From Acidobacteriota bacterium (GTDB taxonomy: Bacteria > Acidobacteriota > Vicinamibacteria > Vicinamibacterales > CAVVIG01), in the NCBI GenBank assembly GCA_039931615.1, contig JBDTRR010000001.1, positions 202,593 to 266,592 of the forward strand: a DNA stretch of 64,000 nt. The letters are read 5' to 3'. The notes under the pieces were generated by a model. That model made no database searches and was not told the DNA's origin. It saw only the letters and a list, made by a program, of their open reading frames with translations. Positions 54,612-64,000 of this stretch are shown one piece after another (the stretch's first letter is position 1; each line of letters opens with the position of its first letter). The position numbers and the translations under genes are program-made.

Positions 54612-55061
54612 GTCGGGAAGAACTGGTTCGAGCTGGGCGCTGACGACTATCTCACCGAACCCTTCTCGCCGCGTGAGCTCATGGCGCGGATTCGCGCCCT
54701 GCTGCGCCGCAGCCGCGCGCAGCAGACGGTGGCCGACGGCCTGCAGGCGATGCGCGCGTACCGCTTCGCCGGTTGGGAGCTCAACGTGCGGCTCCGCCGC
54801 CTCACCTCGATCGACGGGAGCCGGGTGCCGCTCACCAACACCGAATTCAGCCTGCTCGCCGCCTTTCTCGCCGCACCGCAGCGCGGGCTCTCGCGCGACC
54901 AGCTCCTCGGCATGTCGCGGCTGCACAACGACGAGGTCTACGACCGCTCCATCGACACCCAGGTCGGCCGGCTCCGGAAGAAGTTCGAAGCGCGCGGCAC
55001 CGGGTCAGAGATCATCCGGACGGAGCGAGGGGCGGGGTATGTCTTCTGCGCTGACGTTTGA
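54612..55061 (+). pseudogene. OmpR-family response regulator, 5'-truncated (receiver domain lost, winged-helix retained)
   Basis: It starts inside ...ELGADDYLTEPFSPRELMARIRALLRR (the end of REC) and continues with ...LTNTEFSLLAAFLAAP...SRDQLL...DRSIDTQVGRLRKK...IIRTERGAGYVF. Confidence 0.75.
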
Positions 55062-55145
55062 AGTCGTCCGCTAGCCGCGCCAGCGCCGCGATTGGGCAAG
55101 CCACGAGTTCCGTGTCCCGCCGTCACGCCGTGGCTGGCCAGCCCC

Positions 55146-56105
55146 TCACACCGCGCCGACTGGATCGAGCAGTGTCTCGAGCGCGTCGAACGAGCCCGTC
55201 CAGCCGATCGTCATCCCAGAGCGCTCGCCCACGAACGCCTCGACCTCGTGGGGGGTCGTCTCGCCCTGCGGCTCGGTCGTCACCGTCACGCGCGTCCGGT
55301 CGGGCGCTTCCGCCGCGAACAGCACCGTGGTTCGCAGCGTCCCCGGCCACACCGCGGCGCCGGGTGCCGGCGCTAGGTGCTCTCGCTCGTCGACAAACTG
55401 CTGCGTGTAGACGATGCGTCGTGGCGGCTCGATCGCGAAATACTCGGCGCGCACGTGCATGGTGCCATGCGCACCGGCGATGACGAAGAGTGTGCTCTTG
55501 CCGGGCGCCATCTCCGAGCGGAGGAAGCGCATCTCCGTGCCCGCAGGCGGGAGCCACCTCGCGAGGTGCTCCGGGCGCGCCCACATCTCGAACACGCGTT
55601 CGATCGGCGCGTCGAACGTGCGGTTGACGACGAACTGCTGCTTGCCGGCCCGGGTCTGTTCGAGGTGTTCCGCGAGTCGATCCCAGGTCGCGTTACCGCC
55701 CACCCGCTTGATGAACTTCGCCGTCTCCGCAGCGGCTTCTGGTGACGGCAGGGCGAAGATCATCTCCATCGTCGTCCTGCCGTCCGCCTCACTGAAGGTG
55801 ACCGTCACCCGGAAGAGCGCTGGCCGCTCATCGCTGCCGCCGTGGTCGTAGACGAGCTTCCGGTCCGGCTCGACGACGAGGTAATTGGTGACGTTCGGGT
55901 AATCGACCCCGTCTGGGCCGTGCATCGTGTAGCGCCAGCTACCGCCCGGGCGCAGATCCTTGCTGTGGGTGGTCAGGGTAAAGCCGCGCGGGCCCCACCA
56001 CTTCTCGACCTGCTCGGGGATCGTCCAGGCGTCCCACACGGCGCGCACCGGCGCGTCGTAGACACGCGTGAGCACAATCTCGTTCGAGCTACTTCTGGTG
56101 GCCAT
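55146..56105 (-). CDS. tandem SRPBCC/AHSA1 (Activator of Hsp90 ATPase-like) domain protein
   Basis: Two copies of the pattern ...R.FDAP...V..AW..PE....W..P.G... Confidence 0.8.
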   Translation of the reverse strand: MATRSSSNEIVLTRVYDAPVRAVWDAWTIPEQVEKWWGPRGFTLTTHSKDLRPGGSWRYTMHGPDGVDYPNVTNYLVVEPDRKLVYDHGGSDERPALFRVTVTFSEADGRTTMEMIFALPSPEAAAETAKFIKRVGGNATWDRLAEHLEQTRAGKQQFVVNRTFDAPIERVFEMWARPEHLARWLPPAGTEMRFLRSEMAPGKSTLFVIAGAHGTMHVRAEYFAIEPPRRIVYTQQFVDEREHLAPAPGAAVWPGTLRTTVLFAAEAPDRTRVTVTTEPQGETTPHEVEAFVGERSGMTIGWTGSFDALETLLDPVGAV

Positions 56106-56508
56106 GTCGATTTCCTCGCCGCGTCCTGGTCCGCTTCGGGCGGGCCGTCCTGTTGTTTTTCGTCTCTGGAACTCGCCGGGTGGGTTGCGGCGCGATGCTC
56201 TTCAGGTAGGCATCGAGGCGAGCGAGCCGCTCCTCCCACATCTCGCGATACTGTTCGATCCAGTCAGCAGCGGGCGCGAGGGCCCGCGGTTCGAGCCGGC
56301 ACGGGCGCTGCTGGCCTTGACGGCTGCGCGAGATGAGCCCGGCGCGCTCGAGCACCTTCAAGTGCTTGGTGATGGCCGGGCCGGACAGCTCGAACGGCTC
56401 CGCCAGGTCCTTCACCGGCGCGTCGCCCGCCACCAGACGCGCCATGATCGCCCGCCGTGTCGGGTCGGCCAGCGCCGCGAAGATCGTCGACAGGTCGGCC
56501 GGCTGCAC
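56089..56508 (-). CDS. ArsR/SmtB-family transcriptional regulator
   Basis: IFAALADPTRRAIMARLVAGDAPVKDLAEPFELSGPAITKHLKVLERAGLI. Overlaps the AHSA1 gene, a common ArsR-AHSA1 operon arrangement. Confidence 0.85.
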   Translation of the reverse strand: MQPADLSTIFAALADPTRRAIMARLVAGDAPVKDLAEPFELSGPAITKHLKVLERAGLISRSRQGQQRPCRLEPRALAPAADWIEQYREMWEERLARLDAYLKSIAPQPTRRVPETKNNRTARPKRTRTRRGNRHGHQK

Positions 56509-56716
56509 CGTTTATATTTACCGTACGGTTAGATAACCATCAAGTAAAATGTTCGTCAGGCGCAGCCCCGAGCGCGGCCGGTGTCGCGGCCAGCCAAAGA
56601 CCGCACCGCATGCCTGACGCGGACCGGGCATCAGGGAAGGGCTCGGTCTGGGTCAAGCGCTGGCACGCCGACGCCGCGCCGACAATGATGATCGAACGGT
56701 CTGGAGCGCGCAGCGG

Positions 56717-57568
56717 CTATCGCCGCTCGAGCGCCGCCGCCTCGGCGCGTGGGCCCGCGCCGCCGATTTCAATCGCCGTGAACAGTTCGACGCGAGGCGC
56801 CACGTCCGTCGGAGCCGAGCCGGACAGCTCCTGGAAGTCGTGCACCATGTGCATCTGATCGTGATAGCCCAGGTCATGGGCGATATCGACCCATCGCACA
56901 CCGGGCGAACGCAGCTTGCTTTCGAGGGCCATCTCGAACCGCGCCACCCGCGCGTACAGTCGTGGCGAGACGCCGATTTCCGAGACGAACCTCCGCTCGA
57001 ACTGGCGCACGCTCAGTCCGGCGCTGTCCGCCATGCTGGAAATGCGGAGGGTGCCACGGCTGCGGAGCAGCAAACCGGCAGCGGCGGTGACGCCGCGATG
57101 CCACGTCCGGACAACGGGCCGCCGCAGCAGGTAACGATCCGCGGCGCGGATGCGTTCGGCGAACGACGACGATTCGCCGAGCCGGGATCTCAGCCGCTCC
57201 ACCGACCGGCCGAGGACGGCGCCGGCCTCGAAGTGCTGATTCGTCAGTGCGTCAGCCGGGACCGAAAAGAGGCGAGACAAGCCGCCCGGCTGAAACATGA
57301 TGAGGAAGTTCTCGACGTGACCTTGCAGCGCGAGCTGGACGCGCCGATAGGTCTGCGCGCCGATCACCGTCATGGCATGCACCGTTTCGTGGCTCGCCAG
57401 ATCGCCCGACCACGCCTCGAATGGATCGCCGAACACAAACTCCAGCCCGGCGGCCGTCCGCGCTGGAACGGGGAGCATGACGACCGGCGTCGACAACCGA
57501 CCCTCGAGGTGGACGTAGTAGCGAACGAACGACCGAAGGGCCAGCGCCGGTTTCGCCACACGAACCAT
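56717..57568 (-). CDS. AraC-family transcriptional regulator
   Basis: C-terminal double HTH (ISSMADSAGLSVRQFERRF...DIAHDLGYHDQMHMVHDFQELSG). Confidence 0.85.
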   Translation of the reverse strand: MVRVAKPALALRSFVRYYVHLEGRLSTPVVMLPVPARTAAGLEFVFGDPFEAWSGDLASHETVHAMTVIGAQTYRRVQLALQGHVENFLIMFQPGGLSRLFSVPADALTNQHFEAGAVLGRSVERLRSRLGESSSFAERIRAADRYLLRRPVVRTWHRGVTAAAGLLLRSRGTLRISSMADSAGLSVRQFERRFVSEIGVSPRLYARVARFEMALESKLRSPGVRWVDIAHDLGYHDQMHMVHDFQELSGSAPTDVAPRVELFTAIEIGGAGPRAEAAALERR

Positions 57569-57710
57569 GGTGGACAGAGTGTAGCCGACGCCTCAGGGAC
57601 CAGGCGCGAAAGTGTCGGCCGGCACATGTCGGATTTCTACTATCGAAGTGCAACCGCGCCCTGAAATACTTGTCCATCGCGCCGAACAGCAGATTGCCCG
57701 ACGGAATCCC

Positions 57711-58427
57711 ATGGATACTCGACCAGCGACGCACCCTTCCCGTGACCATGTCTTCTACCTGGCGCTATCAGTCGCATTTGCCGGCGTGGTCGTCATCGGG
57801 TTCTCCCGGACGTATTTTCTGAAGGGACTATTTGGGACGCCGCAGCTATCGCCGCTGTTCCACGTGCATGGGACGGCGTTCGCGGCGTGGACCCTGTTCT
57901 ACGTTGTCCAGAATGCGCTGGTATTCGTCGGCCGGACGGACCTGCACAGGCGAACCGGAACGATCGGGGCCGCGCTGGCCTGTCCCCTGATTCTCCTTGG
58001 CCTCCTGGTCGCGATCACCGCGGCAAGGAACGGCTATCGCGCCAGCAGGCCCGAGATGGCCATCGAGCTATCCAATGCATTGATGACACTCATGCTGTTC
58101 GGCATCTTCTTCGGAACCGCGGTCTATTGGCGACGAAGGAAGGAAGTTCACAAGCGCCTGATGGTGCTCAGCATGGTGATGGTCGTGTTCCCCGCGTTCG
58201 CGCGTTTTCCACCGAGTTTCCCCGGCCTGAACTGGACGCTCCCAGGGCTCACCATGGTGATACTGCCGTTCATTTTCGCTGGGATGATTTTCGACGGAAT
58301 CGCCCTGAGACGCGTGTCCCTCACCTACGTCTGGGGGGTATTGTTGATCCTGATCACCCTGCCGATGCGCTTTGCGATCGGGAGCACGGCATGGTGGGAG
58401 CGCTTCTTCCTGTGGGTTGTCGCTTGA
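57711..58427 (+). CDS. integral membrane protein, unknown function
   Basis: Six or seven hydrophobic helices. Divergent from the AraC gene. No family recognised. Confidence 0.5.
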   Translation: MDTRPATHPSRDHVFYLALSVAFAGVVVIGFSRTYFLKGLFGTPQLSPLFHVHGTAFAAWTLFYVVQNALVFVGRTDLHRRTGTIGAALACPLILLGLLVAITAARNGYRASRPEMAIELSNALMTLMLFGIFFGTAVYWRRRKEVHKRLMVLSMVMVVFPAFARFPPSFPGLNWTLPGLTMVILPFIFAGMIFDGIALRRVSLTYVWGVLLILITLPMRFAIGSTAWWERFFLWVVA

Positions 58428-58468
58428 GGGCGACGCTCCAATTCAACGCAAGGAGGCCGGGCGCACCC

Positions 58469-58993
58469 TCACCGTTTGCCGACATCGAAGGAGATACCTT
58501 GAGCGACACGGAACTGCTCCGATCCCTGGGGGCCGACCGACTTGAACCACCGGGCATCAGTCCGCAAATCCAGCTTTTCATTCATCGGCATCTTCAGGCC
58601 GCCGCCAGCGTTCACGGTCATCGCCACGCCCGGCTGGGTGCCGATCGGACGGCCGCCGTTGGCGGAGACCACCGGCGCCCCGTATTGCGAGAGCCCGACA
58701 CCCGCGGTGACATACGGCGTCGACAGGCCGACGCGCGGCAGGAACCACAAGAGACTCGCGCTTGAACTCAGCGCGTGGAAGCCGCCCTCGCCACGACGAT
58801 AGGCGACATCTGTCTCGACACTGAGCGCCGACGTGATCGGGAACGTGACGGCCGCGCCGACGGGGGATGCGGCGGCCGAACCGACCGCCACATACGGCGT
58901 GACTTCGACGGTTCTCGCGTCCTGCGCCCCCACTGGCAGTGCTTCAAGAGCGACCACGACCAGTGCGAAGACAGCTGATTTGTAAGCCTGCAT
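58469..58993 (-). CDS. small outer-membrane beta-barrel protein
   Basis: Signal peptide, alternating hydrophobic strands, and a C-terminal ...ISFDVGKR-type terminal strand. Confidence 0.65.
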   Translation of the reverse strand: MQAYKSAVFALVVVALEALPVGAQDARTVEVTPYVAVGSAAASPVGAAVTFPITSALSVETDVAYRRGEGGFHALSSSASLLWFLPRVGLSTPYVTAGVGLSQYGAPVVSANGGRPIGTQPGVAMTVNAGGGLKMPMNEKLDLRTDARWFKSVGPQGSEQFRVAQGISFDVGKR

Positions 58994-59149
58994 GACGCCT
59001 CCTTCAGCCGCTTGACTGCGGCCGATGGACCGTTAGACGGCCGACACCCGATAATAGCCTTGCGGCGGCACTGGCCTCGTCGATGTCGACAGGCACCGGA
59101 TGACACTGCAGCGTCGGTCTGAGCCACGGCCGCGCTGGATCATCAGAAC

Positions 59150-59854
59150 TCAGCGAACTTCGATCTCGACAAGGCGCGCATCGGCAGTCCCGAGGCGGAC
59201 CACGTAGTGCGTGTCACCAGAGGGAACGAGGAGCCACTGCCCCGGTTGATCGAGCTGTTTGAGCCCGACGGGAGCGGGCGCATTGGCTTTCGCTTGCGTA
59301 TTCGGTCCCTCGGACATGGCGTTCCCGCTGATGAGGACGACGATCGTCGGCACCGCGTGCGTGTGCATGACCTGAGAGCGCTCACCCTCGAGCCGCACGT
59401 CGTAAATCCGGAAGGCGCGTGACTCGGTGGCCAGCTTCGTGGCCCTCCCGGAGGCTGCCGGCGTCGTCGACCACCCGCTCGTCCGCAGATTCTCTACGGC
59501 GAAGAGTCGATAGGCGCTCCCCCCGAGGGTCTCGAGGCGATGGCTGCCCGGCTTGCCGGTGTACTCGGTGACGGTCGCATCGCCCAGCGGGCGCGGCGGC
59601 CGCGCCGGGCTCCACGGCTGCCCCGGAGACTGGAGCCGCGTGTCCGTGCCACTGGTCATCGACACCGTCGCGATGTCGAACTCGTGCAGGTGCTCGAGCG
59701 TGGTATCGCCGGGTGGCACGTTGACGTCCAGGATGCGAAATTGGACGTTCTCGAACGTCACGCGATGCCGAGGTTCCTGGCTCAGCGGGACTTGTGCGGC
59801 GATGACGGCGGTTGTGGCGGCGAGGACGATCCCGACCAGGGGCATGGCGTTCAT
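59150..59854 (-). CDS. secreted hypothetical protein, possibly bicupin-like
   Basis: Signal peptide from MNAMPLVGIVLAATTAVIAAQ. Two beta-rich halves each carry a H.H-containing segment (LEHLHEFD, MHTHAVP). The fold assignment is weak. Confidence 0.45.
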   Translation of the reverse strand: MNAMPLVGIVLAATTAVIAAQVPLSQEPRHRVTFENVQFRILDVNVPPGDTTLEHLHEFDIATVSMTSGTDTRLQSPGQPWSPARPPRPLGDATVTEYTGKPGSHRLETLGGSAYRLFAVENLRTSGWSTTPAASGRATKLATESRAFRIYDVRLEGERSQVMHTHAVPTIVVLISGNAMSEGPNTQAKANAPAPVGLKQLDQPGQWLLVPSGDTHYVVRLGTADARLVEIEVR

Positions 59855-60450
59855 GGCGTTGCATGATCCGTCATCAGGGCCCTCGTGCGCCAGTCCCGTT
59901 CCCCGCGCGGGATCATGCGCCTGTCGCAAACGTCAATCCGAGGTGAACAGCGTTCTATCCCTGACGCCATCGGCTGCACGTTGTGCCTCGATGGATCTCC
60001 ACAAAGCCGGGCCTCGGGAGCGCGCGCCGTCGGGCATGGATGGCGCCTGCGGCAGCGCGACCACGCCGGCGTATCAGTCACTTGCCGGACGGCTTCGGCT
60101 CAGCCGCTCGAGCGCCGAGCCGTCCACATGCATCCGGTAGACATCAGCGGAGCCCCTGGCGCTCCGACGTGAAGACAATCCATTCGCCATCACGCGAAAA
60201 CGACGGCGCGCAGCCATTTCGACGGTCGGCAACAGTTTCCCCTCACCCGTGCCATCGGCGTTGGGGGCGGATGACACATGAGCAGCTCGCGCTGGCAGCA
60301 CCCACCGGGACCCAGGAGGTGCGCTCGCTTCCCGGCGGCCGGGAGTCGCGCCGATACGGTGTCCGTTCCGACGGTTAACATAGGGGACCATTAGCAGCGC
60401 GTCGGCTGCCGGTCTTCCAGACACCGTGGGCGCCGCGACGCTCCGGGGAG

Positions 60451-62586
60451 GTGGGTGTGTTTCTGCTGGCAGTGCTGTTGTCGTCGTCTCTCCAAGCCGG
60501 TCAATCCGTCATCATTTGCTCGGTCACGGCTGATGGCGCGCCCGTCGCGGGTGCGGAGATTGTCGTCGCCGGGATGACCTACGCGACCGACGCCGGCGGT
60601 GCGGTTCAGATCGTCGTCAGTCCCGGGCCGGTGCAAATCACGGTGGCCAAACCGGGGTTTGCGCCGGTGACGACGACGGTTACCGTCGCCACTGGTCAAC
60701 GGCAAGCGGTGTCGATCGAGCTGGAACAGCCGCCGAGAATCGAAGAGACCGTCACCGTTTCCGCGACGCGATCGACGACCCGGCTTCAGGATCAGCCGCT
60801 GCGCGTCGAGGTCGTCGACCAGGAAGAAATCGACGAGAAGGCGATGATGACGCCGGGCAGCGTGGCGATGCTGCTCAACGAGACGACCGGTCTGCGCGTG
60901 CAGACGACGGCGCCATCGCTCGGCGCCGCGAACGTGCGAATCCAGGGACTACGGGGACACTACTCACAGCTGCTGGCGGACGGCTTGCCGCTGTACGGCG
61001 CACAGGGCGATTCGCTCAGTCTCCTGCAGGTGCCGCCGCTGGATCTGGGCCAGGTGGAAATCATCAAGGGCGTGGCGTCGGCGCTCTACGGCGCCGCCGC
61101 GCTTGGTGGCGTCGTGAACCTGGTGTCGCGCCGGCCGCGCGAGACCGAATCGCGGCTCCTGGCCAACGCCACGTCACAGAGCGGCCGCGATGTGGCGGCC
61201 TACCACGCGCAGGCGCCTGCCGGCGCGTGGGCGTGGACGCTGCTCGGCAGCTACAACGGTCAAACCGGACGCGATCTCGATGGCGACGGGTGGTCTGATC
61301 TGCCAACCTTCAATCGCGGTGTGATCCGGCCGCGTGTGTTCTTCGACAACCGGCAAGGCGATACCGTGTTGGCGACGCTCGGCGTCATCACGGAAAATCG
61401 CGAAGGTGGAACGCTTCCGCTGCGCACCGCGCCGGACGGCCGGCCGTTCCGAGAGGCGCTGGACACGCGCCACGTCGACGGCGGATTCGTCGGCCGTTGG
61501 GTCATCGCCGGCAGCCGCGTGCTGTCCGTGCGCGCGTCGGCGCTCCGCCAGGCGCAACAGCGGCAGATGGGAGAGGTGAGCGAGCGCGGCACGAGGGCGG
61601 TGCGGTTCGCGGAAGGGTCCCTGCAAGGAATTGCCGGCCGCCAGACATGGGTGATTGGCACCGCGTTCCAACAGGATCGATTCACGCTCGATCAACTGCC
61701 GCAGTTCGACTACCGGTTTTCGGCGCCGGCCGTGTTTGCGCAGAACGAAGCGTCGTTCGGCCCGAAATTCACACTCGGTGTGAGCGCGCGGGCCGACCTG
61801 CACTCGGAGTACGGCACGCTGCTCTCGCCCAGGCTGTCCGTGCTCGTCAGGCCGTGGTCCGGTTGGACCGTTCGGGTCGCCGCGGGAACTGGCGCGTTCG
61901 CGCCGACGCCCTTCCTCGAGGAAACCGAGGAAGCCGGCCTGTCGCGTCTGCTCCCGCTGCGCGGACTACGGGCCGAGCGGGCGCGCGGAACGTCGGTGGA
62001 CGTGACCCGCGTGCTGGGCCCGCTCGAGGTCACCGGCACGGTGTTCGGGTCGCTCGTCAACGATCCGGTGCAGCAGCAGGTCGCCGACGCCGCCCACGTC
62101 AGGCTGATCAACGCCGACGGTCCGACGCGGACGACGGGGACCGAGCTGTTGCTGCGTTACCGGGCGGGAGAATTCAGCGCCTGGGTCACGCATGGCTGGA
62201 CGCGCTCGACGGAGATCGACCCGGACCGGGGCGGTCGCCGTGAGGTCCCGCTGACCCCGGGACAAACGGCATCGTTCACGGTGATGTGGGAACTCGAAAG
62301 CCGGGGCCGGCTGGGTATCGAAGGGTACTACACGGGTCGCCAGACGCTGGACGAGAACCCGTACCGGTCCGCGGGGCATCCCTATGTGCTGCTCGGCGCG
62401 CTTGCGGAGCGCACGTTCAGAGGCATCGGTCTCTTTCTCAACAGCGAAAACCTGCTCGACGTCCGACAGACCCGGGACGATCCAGCGGTGCTGCCGTCGC
62501 GGCGCGCCGACGGTCGATGGACGGTCGATGCGTGGGCGCCGCTCGATGGACGGGTCATCAACGGCGGCATCCGGGTGACCTTCTAG
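60451..62586 (+). CDS. TonB-dependent receptor with an N-terminal carboxypeptidase-regulatory-like domain
   Basis: CarbopepD_reg-like region (V...G.P..GAEIVV...T.T.D..G...I), plug (RVQTTAPSLGAANVRIQGLRG...LLADGLPLYG), barrel, and a terminal ...GIRVTF. Confidence 0.85.
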   Translation: MGVFLLAVLLSSSLQAGQSVIICSVTADGAPVAGAEIVVAGMTYATDAGGAVQIVVSPGPVQITVAKPGFAPVTTTVTVATGQRQAVSIELEQPPRIEETVTVSATRSTTRLQDQPLRVEVVDQEEIDEKAMMTPGSVAMLLNETTGLRVQTTAPSLGAANVRIQGLRGHYSQLLADGLPLYGAQGDSLSLLQVPPLDLGQVEIIKGVASALYGAAALGGVVNLVSRRPRETESRLLANATSQSGRDVAAYHAQAPAGAWAWTLLGSYNGQTGRDLDGDGWSDLPTFNRGVIRPRVFFDNRQGDTVLATLGVITENREGGTLPLRTAPDGRPFREALDTRHVDGGFVGRWVIAGSRVLSVRASALRQAQQRQMGEVSERGTRAVRFAEGSLQGIAGRQTWVIGTAFQQDRFTLDQLPQFDYRFSAPAVFAQNEASFGPKFTLGVSARADLHSEYGTLLSPRLSVLVRPWSGWTVRVAAGTGAFAPTPFLEETEEAGLSRLLPLRGLRAERARGTSVDVTRVLGPLEVTGTVFGSLVNDPVQQQVADAAHVRLINADGPTRTTGTELLLRYRAGEFSAWVTHGWTRSTEIDPDRGGRREVPLTPGQTASFTVMWELESRGRLGIEGYYTGRQTLDENPYRSAGHPYVLLGALAERTFRGIGLFLNSENLLDVRQTRDDPAVLPSRRADGRWTVDAWAPLDGRVINGGIRVTF

Positions 62587-64000
62587 CCGGTGATCGTCCG
62601 GATCTGTTCCGCGACGTTCCCGGCCAGCACATCGAGCGGCACGTTCCCGCCGAGGACGACGGTATCGTTGAACGCCTTGAGGTCGAACCTCGCGCCGAGC
62701 GTGGTCTTCGCCTTCTCGCGCTGCCGGATGATCTCGCTGTGTCCCACTTTGTAGCCGCACGCCTGCCCCGGCCATGAGCAATAGCGGTCGACCTCGCTCT
62801 CGACTTCTTCAGGATTCGATCCGTTGACGTCGACGAAATACTGTACGCCCTGTTCGCGCGTCCAGCGCTTGGCGTGGATGCCGGTGTCGACCACCAGGCG
62901 GCACGCCCGAAACGCCAGCGACTGCAGATAGCCAAGCCGGCCAACGGGGTCGGTGGCGTAGGCGCCCAGTTCGTCGGCGAGCTGCTCGGCGTAGAGTCCC
63001 CAGCCTTCCGAGTAGGCGTTGAAGGCGAGCAGCTGCCGGACCAGCGGCATGTTGTGCGTGTACTCGCCCTGCCAGATGTGGCCGGGAATGGCTTCATGGA
63101 ACGCCAGGTCGGCCAGGCTGTACTTGCTGTGGAGGCCGGTGGTCCTGAGGTTGATCCAGAACCTGCCAGGGATCGTGCCGTCGATCGAACCGGCGCCGCC
63201 GTATGCGCCTGGGGCCCCGGGCTCTTCTTCGGGCGGCAGCCGTTTGACCTCCAGGTTCGGGTTGACGACGCGGTTGAACGCGCGCGGCATCTGCGCCCGG
63301 ATCCAATCGAGCCGGTTCTGGATGAACGCCATGATCTCGGCGCGGCCGGCGTCCCCGTCTGGAAATGCATATTTGGGATCCTGCGCCAGCGCCTTCATCC
63401 GCTCGCCCACGGTACCCTGCGAATATCCGGCCCCTTGCAGAATCGGGTCCATCTGCCCATGCAGACGCTCCAGCTCGCTCCGGCCCATCTCGTGAACCTG
63501 GTCGGGCGTCATGGCGGTGGTCGTCGACGCCTTGAGCGCCCAGCGGTAATATTCCTCACCGTGCGGCCGTGACCAGATGCCGGCGTCGTTGGTGGCCTCG
63601 GGGCGACGTGCCTGCAGCTCGCGCAGCTGGCGGTCGAGCGCCGGCGCGATTTCCTGCGCCGCGATCGCCCGGGCGCGCCCGGCCCAATTCCCGGCGATGC
63701 CTTTCGTGCGCCGCGCGATCGACTCGACGAGCGTCCCACCTTCGCGCGCGCCCTTGATCGAGAGACGCATCTGCTGCAGCGCCTTGTCGATCAGGAAGGC
63801 CGGCGGGACGAGCCCGGCCGCACCGGCCGCCTGCATGCGGCCAAGCTCTCCATCGAGCTGCTTCGCATATGACTGCAGTCGAGCCAGATAGGCATCGGCG
63901 TCAGCGGCGTTCTCGATGCGATGGTCGCTGTCGAGGAAGCGAGGGATATCGAGATAGGCGCCGACGTTCTGAATCACGACATACGGGGTGTTGCGCCAGC
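62583..64000 (-). CDS. DUF885-family protein (partial, the N-terminus may lie beyond the window end)
   Basis: HEAIPGHIWQ motif and surrounding blocks typical of DUF885. The ORF is still open near 63977-64000. Confidence 0.8.
   Translation of the reverse strand, partial: WRNTPYVVIQNVGAYLDIPRFLDSDHRIENAADADAYLARLQSYAKQLDGELGRMQAAGAAGLVPPAFLIDKALQQMRLSIKGAREGGTLVESIARRTKGIAGNWAGRARAIAAQEIAPALDRQLRELQARRPEATNDAGIWSRPHGEEYYRWALKASTTTAMTPDQVHEMGRSELERLHGQMDPILQGAGYSQGTVGERMKALAQDPKYAFPDGDAGRAEIMAFIQNRLDWIRAQMPRAFNRVVNPNLEVKRLPPEEEPGAPGAYGGAGSIDGTIPGRFWINLRTTGLHSKYSLADLAFHEAIPGHIWQGEYTHNMPLVRQLLAFNAYSEGWGLYAEQLADELGAYATDPVGRLGYLQSLAFRACRLVVDTGIHAKRWTREQGVQYFVDVNGSNPEEVESEVDRYCSWPGQACGYKVGHSEIIRQREKAKTTLGARFDLKAFNDTVVLGGNVPLDVLAGNVAEQIRTITG

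Noticed and set aside
1-64000. A CRISPR array or other long interspersed direct repeats.
   Set aside because: No regularly spaced direct repeats were seen anywhere. The only tandem structures are the intragenic BACON-like repeats and a 2 x 15-bp repeat.

Overview
This is a visibly GC-rich bacterial chromosomal window. It is probably from a soil Acidobacteriota-like organism. That is an inference from a remnant of an ADOP-type duplicated permease, a TonB receptor with a carboxypeptidase-regulatory-like domain, and several family types common in that phylum. All calls rest on reading the supplied ORF translations and the DNA by eye. No database search was run, so family names are motif-level recognitions and start codons are approximate.

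Contents:
- **Housekeeping-like genes:** an S9 peptidase, a truncated tatC, tRNA-Ala(GGC), a TupABC-like ABC transporter, two DHA2 MFS pumps, and LysR, AraC and ArsR regulators. There is also a TonB-dependent receptor, DUF885, a tannase-family esterase, a subclass B3 metallo-beta-lactamase, and di-heme cytochromes.
- **Decayed island:** it sits next to the tRNA-Ala gene (about 2.2-10.9 kb). It holds a multiply frameshifted large serine recombinase, a GIY-YIG gene, an IS630 remnant, two toxin-antitoxin pairs and several truncated genes.
- **Gene fragments:** relics are unusually dense across the whole window. They include pieces of a Ser/Thr kinase, DoxX, a CheB/CheR fusion, an ADOP permease, cytochrome P460, an OmpR regulator and an ABC ATPase.

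Most interesting candidates:
1. A B12-binding radical SAM enzyme carries a C-terminal PqqD-like RiPP recognition element. It lies directly downstream of a 60-aa Lys-rich peptide gene (22.35-24.78 kb). This may be an undescribed RiPP pair.
2. A catalytically intact patatin phospholipase lies 17 nt downstream of a small SLOG/DUF2493-like Rossmann protein (46.4-48.1 kb). A second, unrelated SLOG-like gene precedes an HExxH protein in the island (5.6-7.7 kb). Together they suggest a sensor plus variable effector architecture.
3. A three-gene operon (10.9-14.9 kb) combines an MhuD/IsdG-like ABM domain fused to a PAS histidine kinase, a REC-histidine kinase hybrid, and a standalone CarH-type cobalamin module. 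The module carries an intact W-x9-E-H motif.
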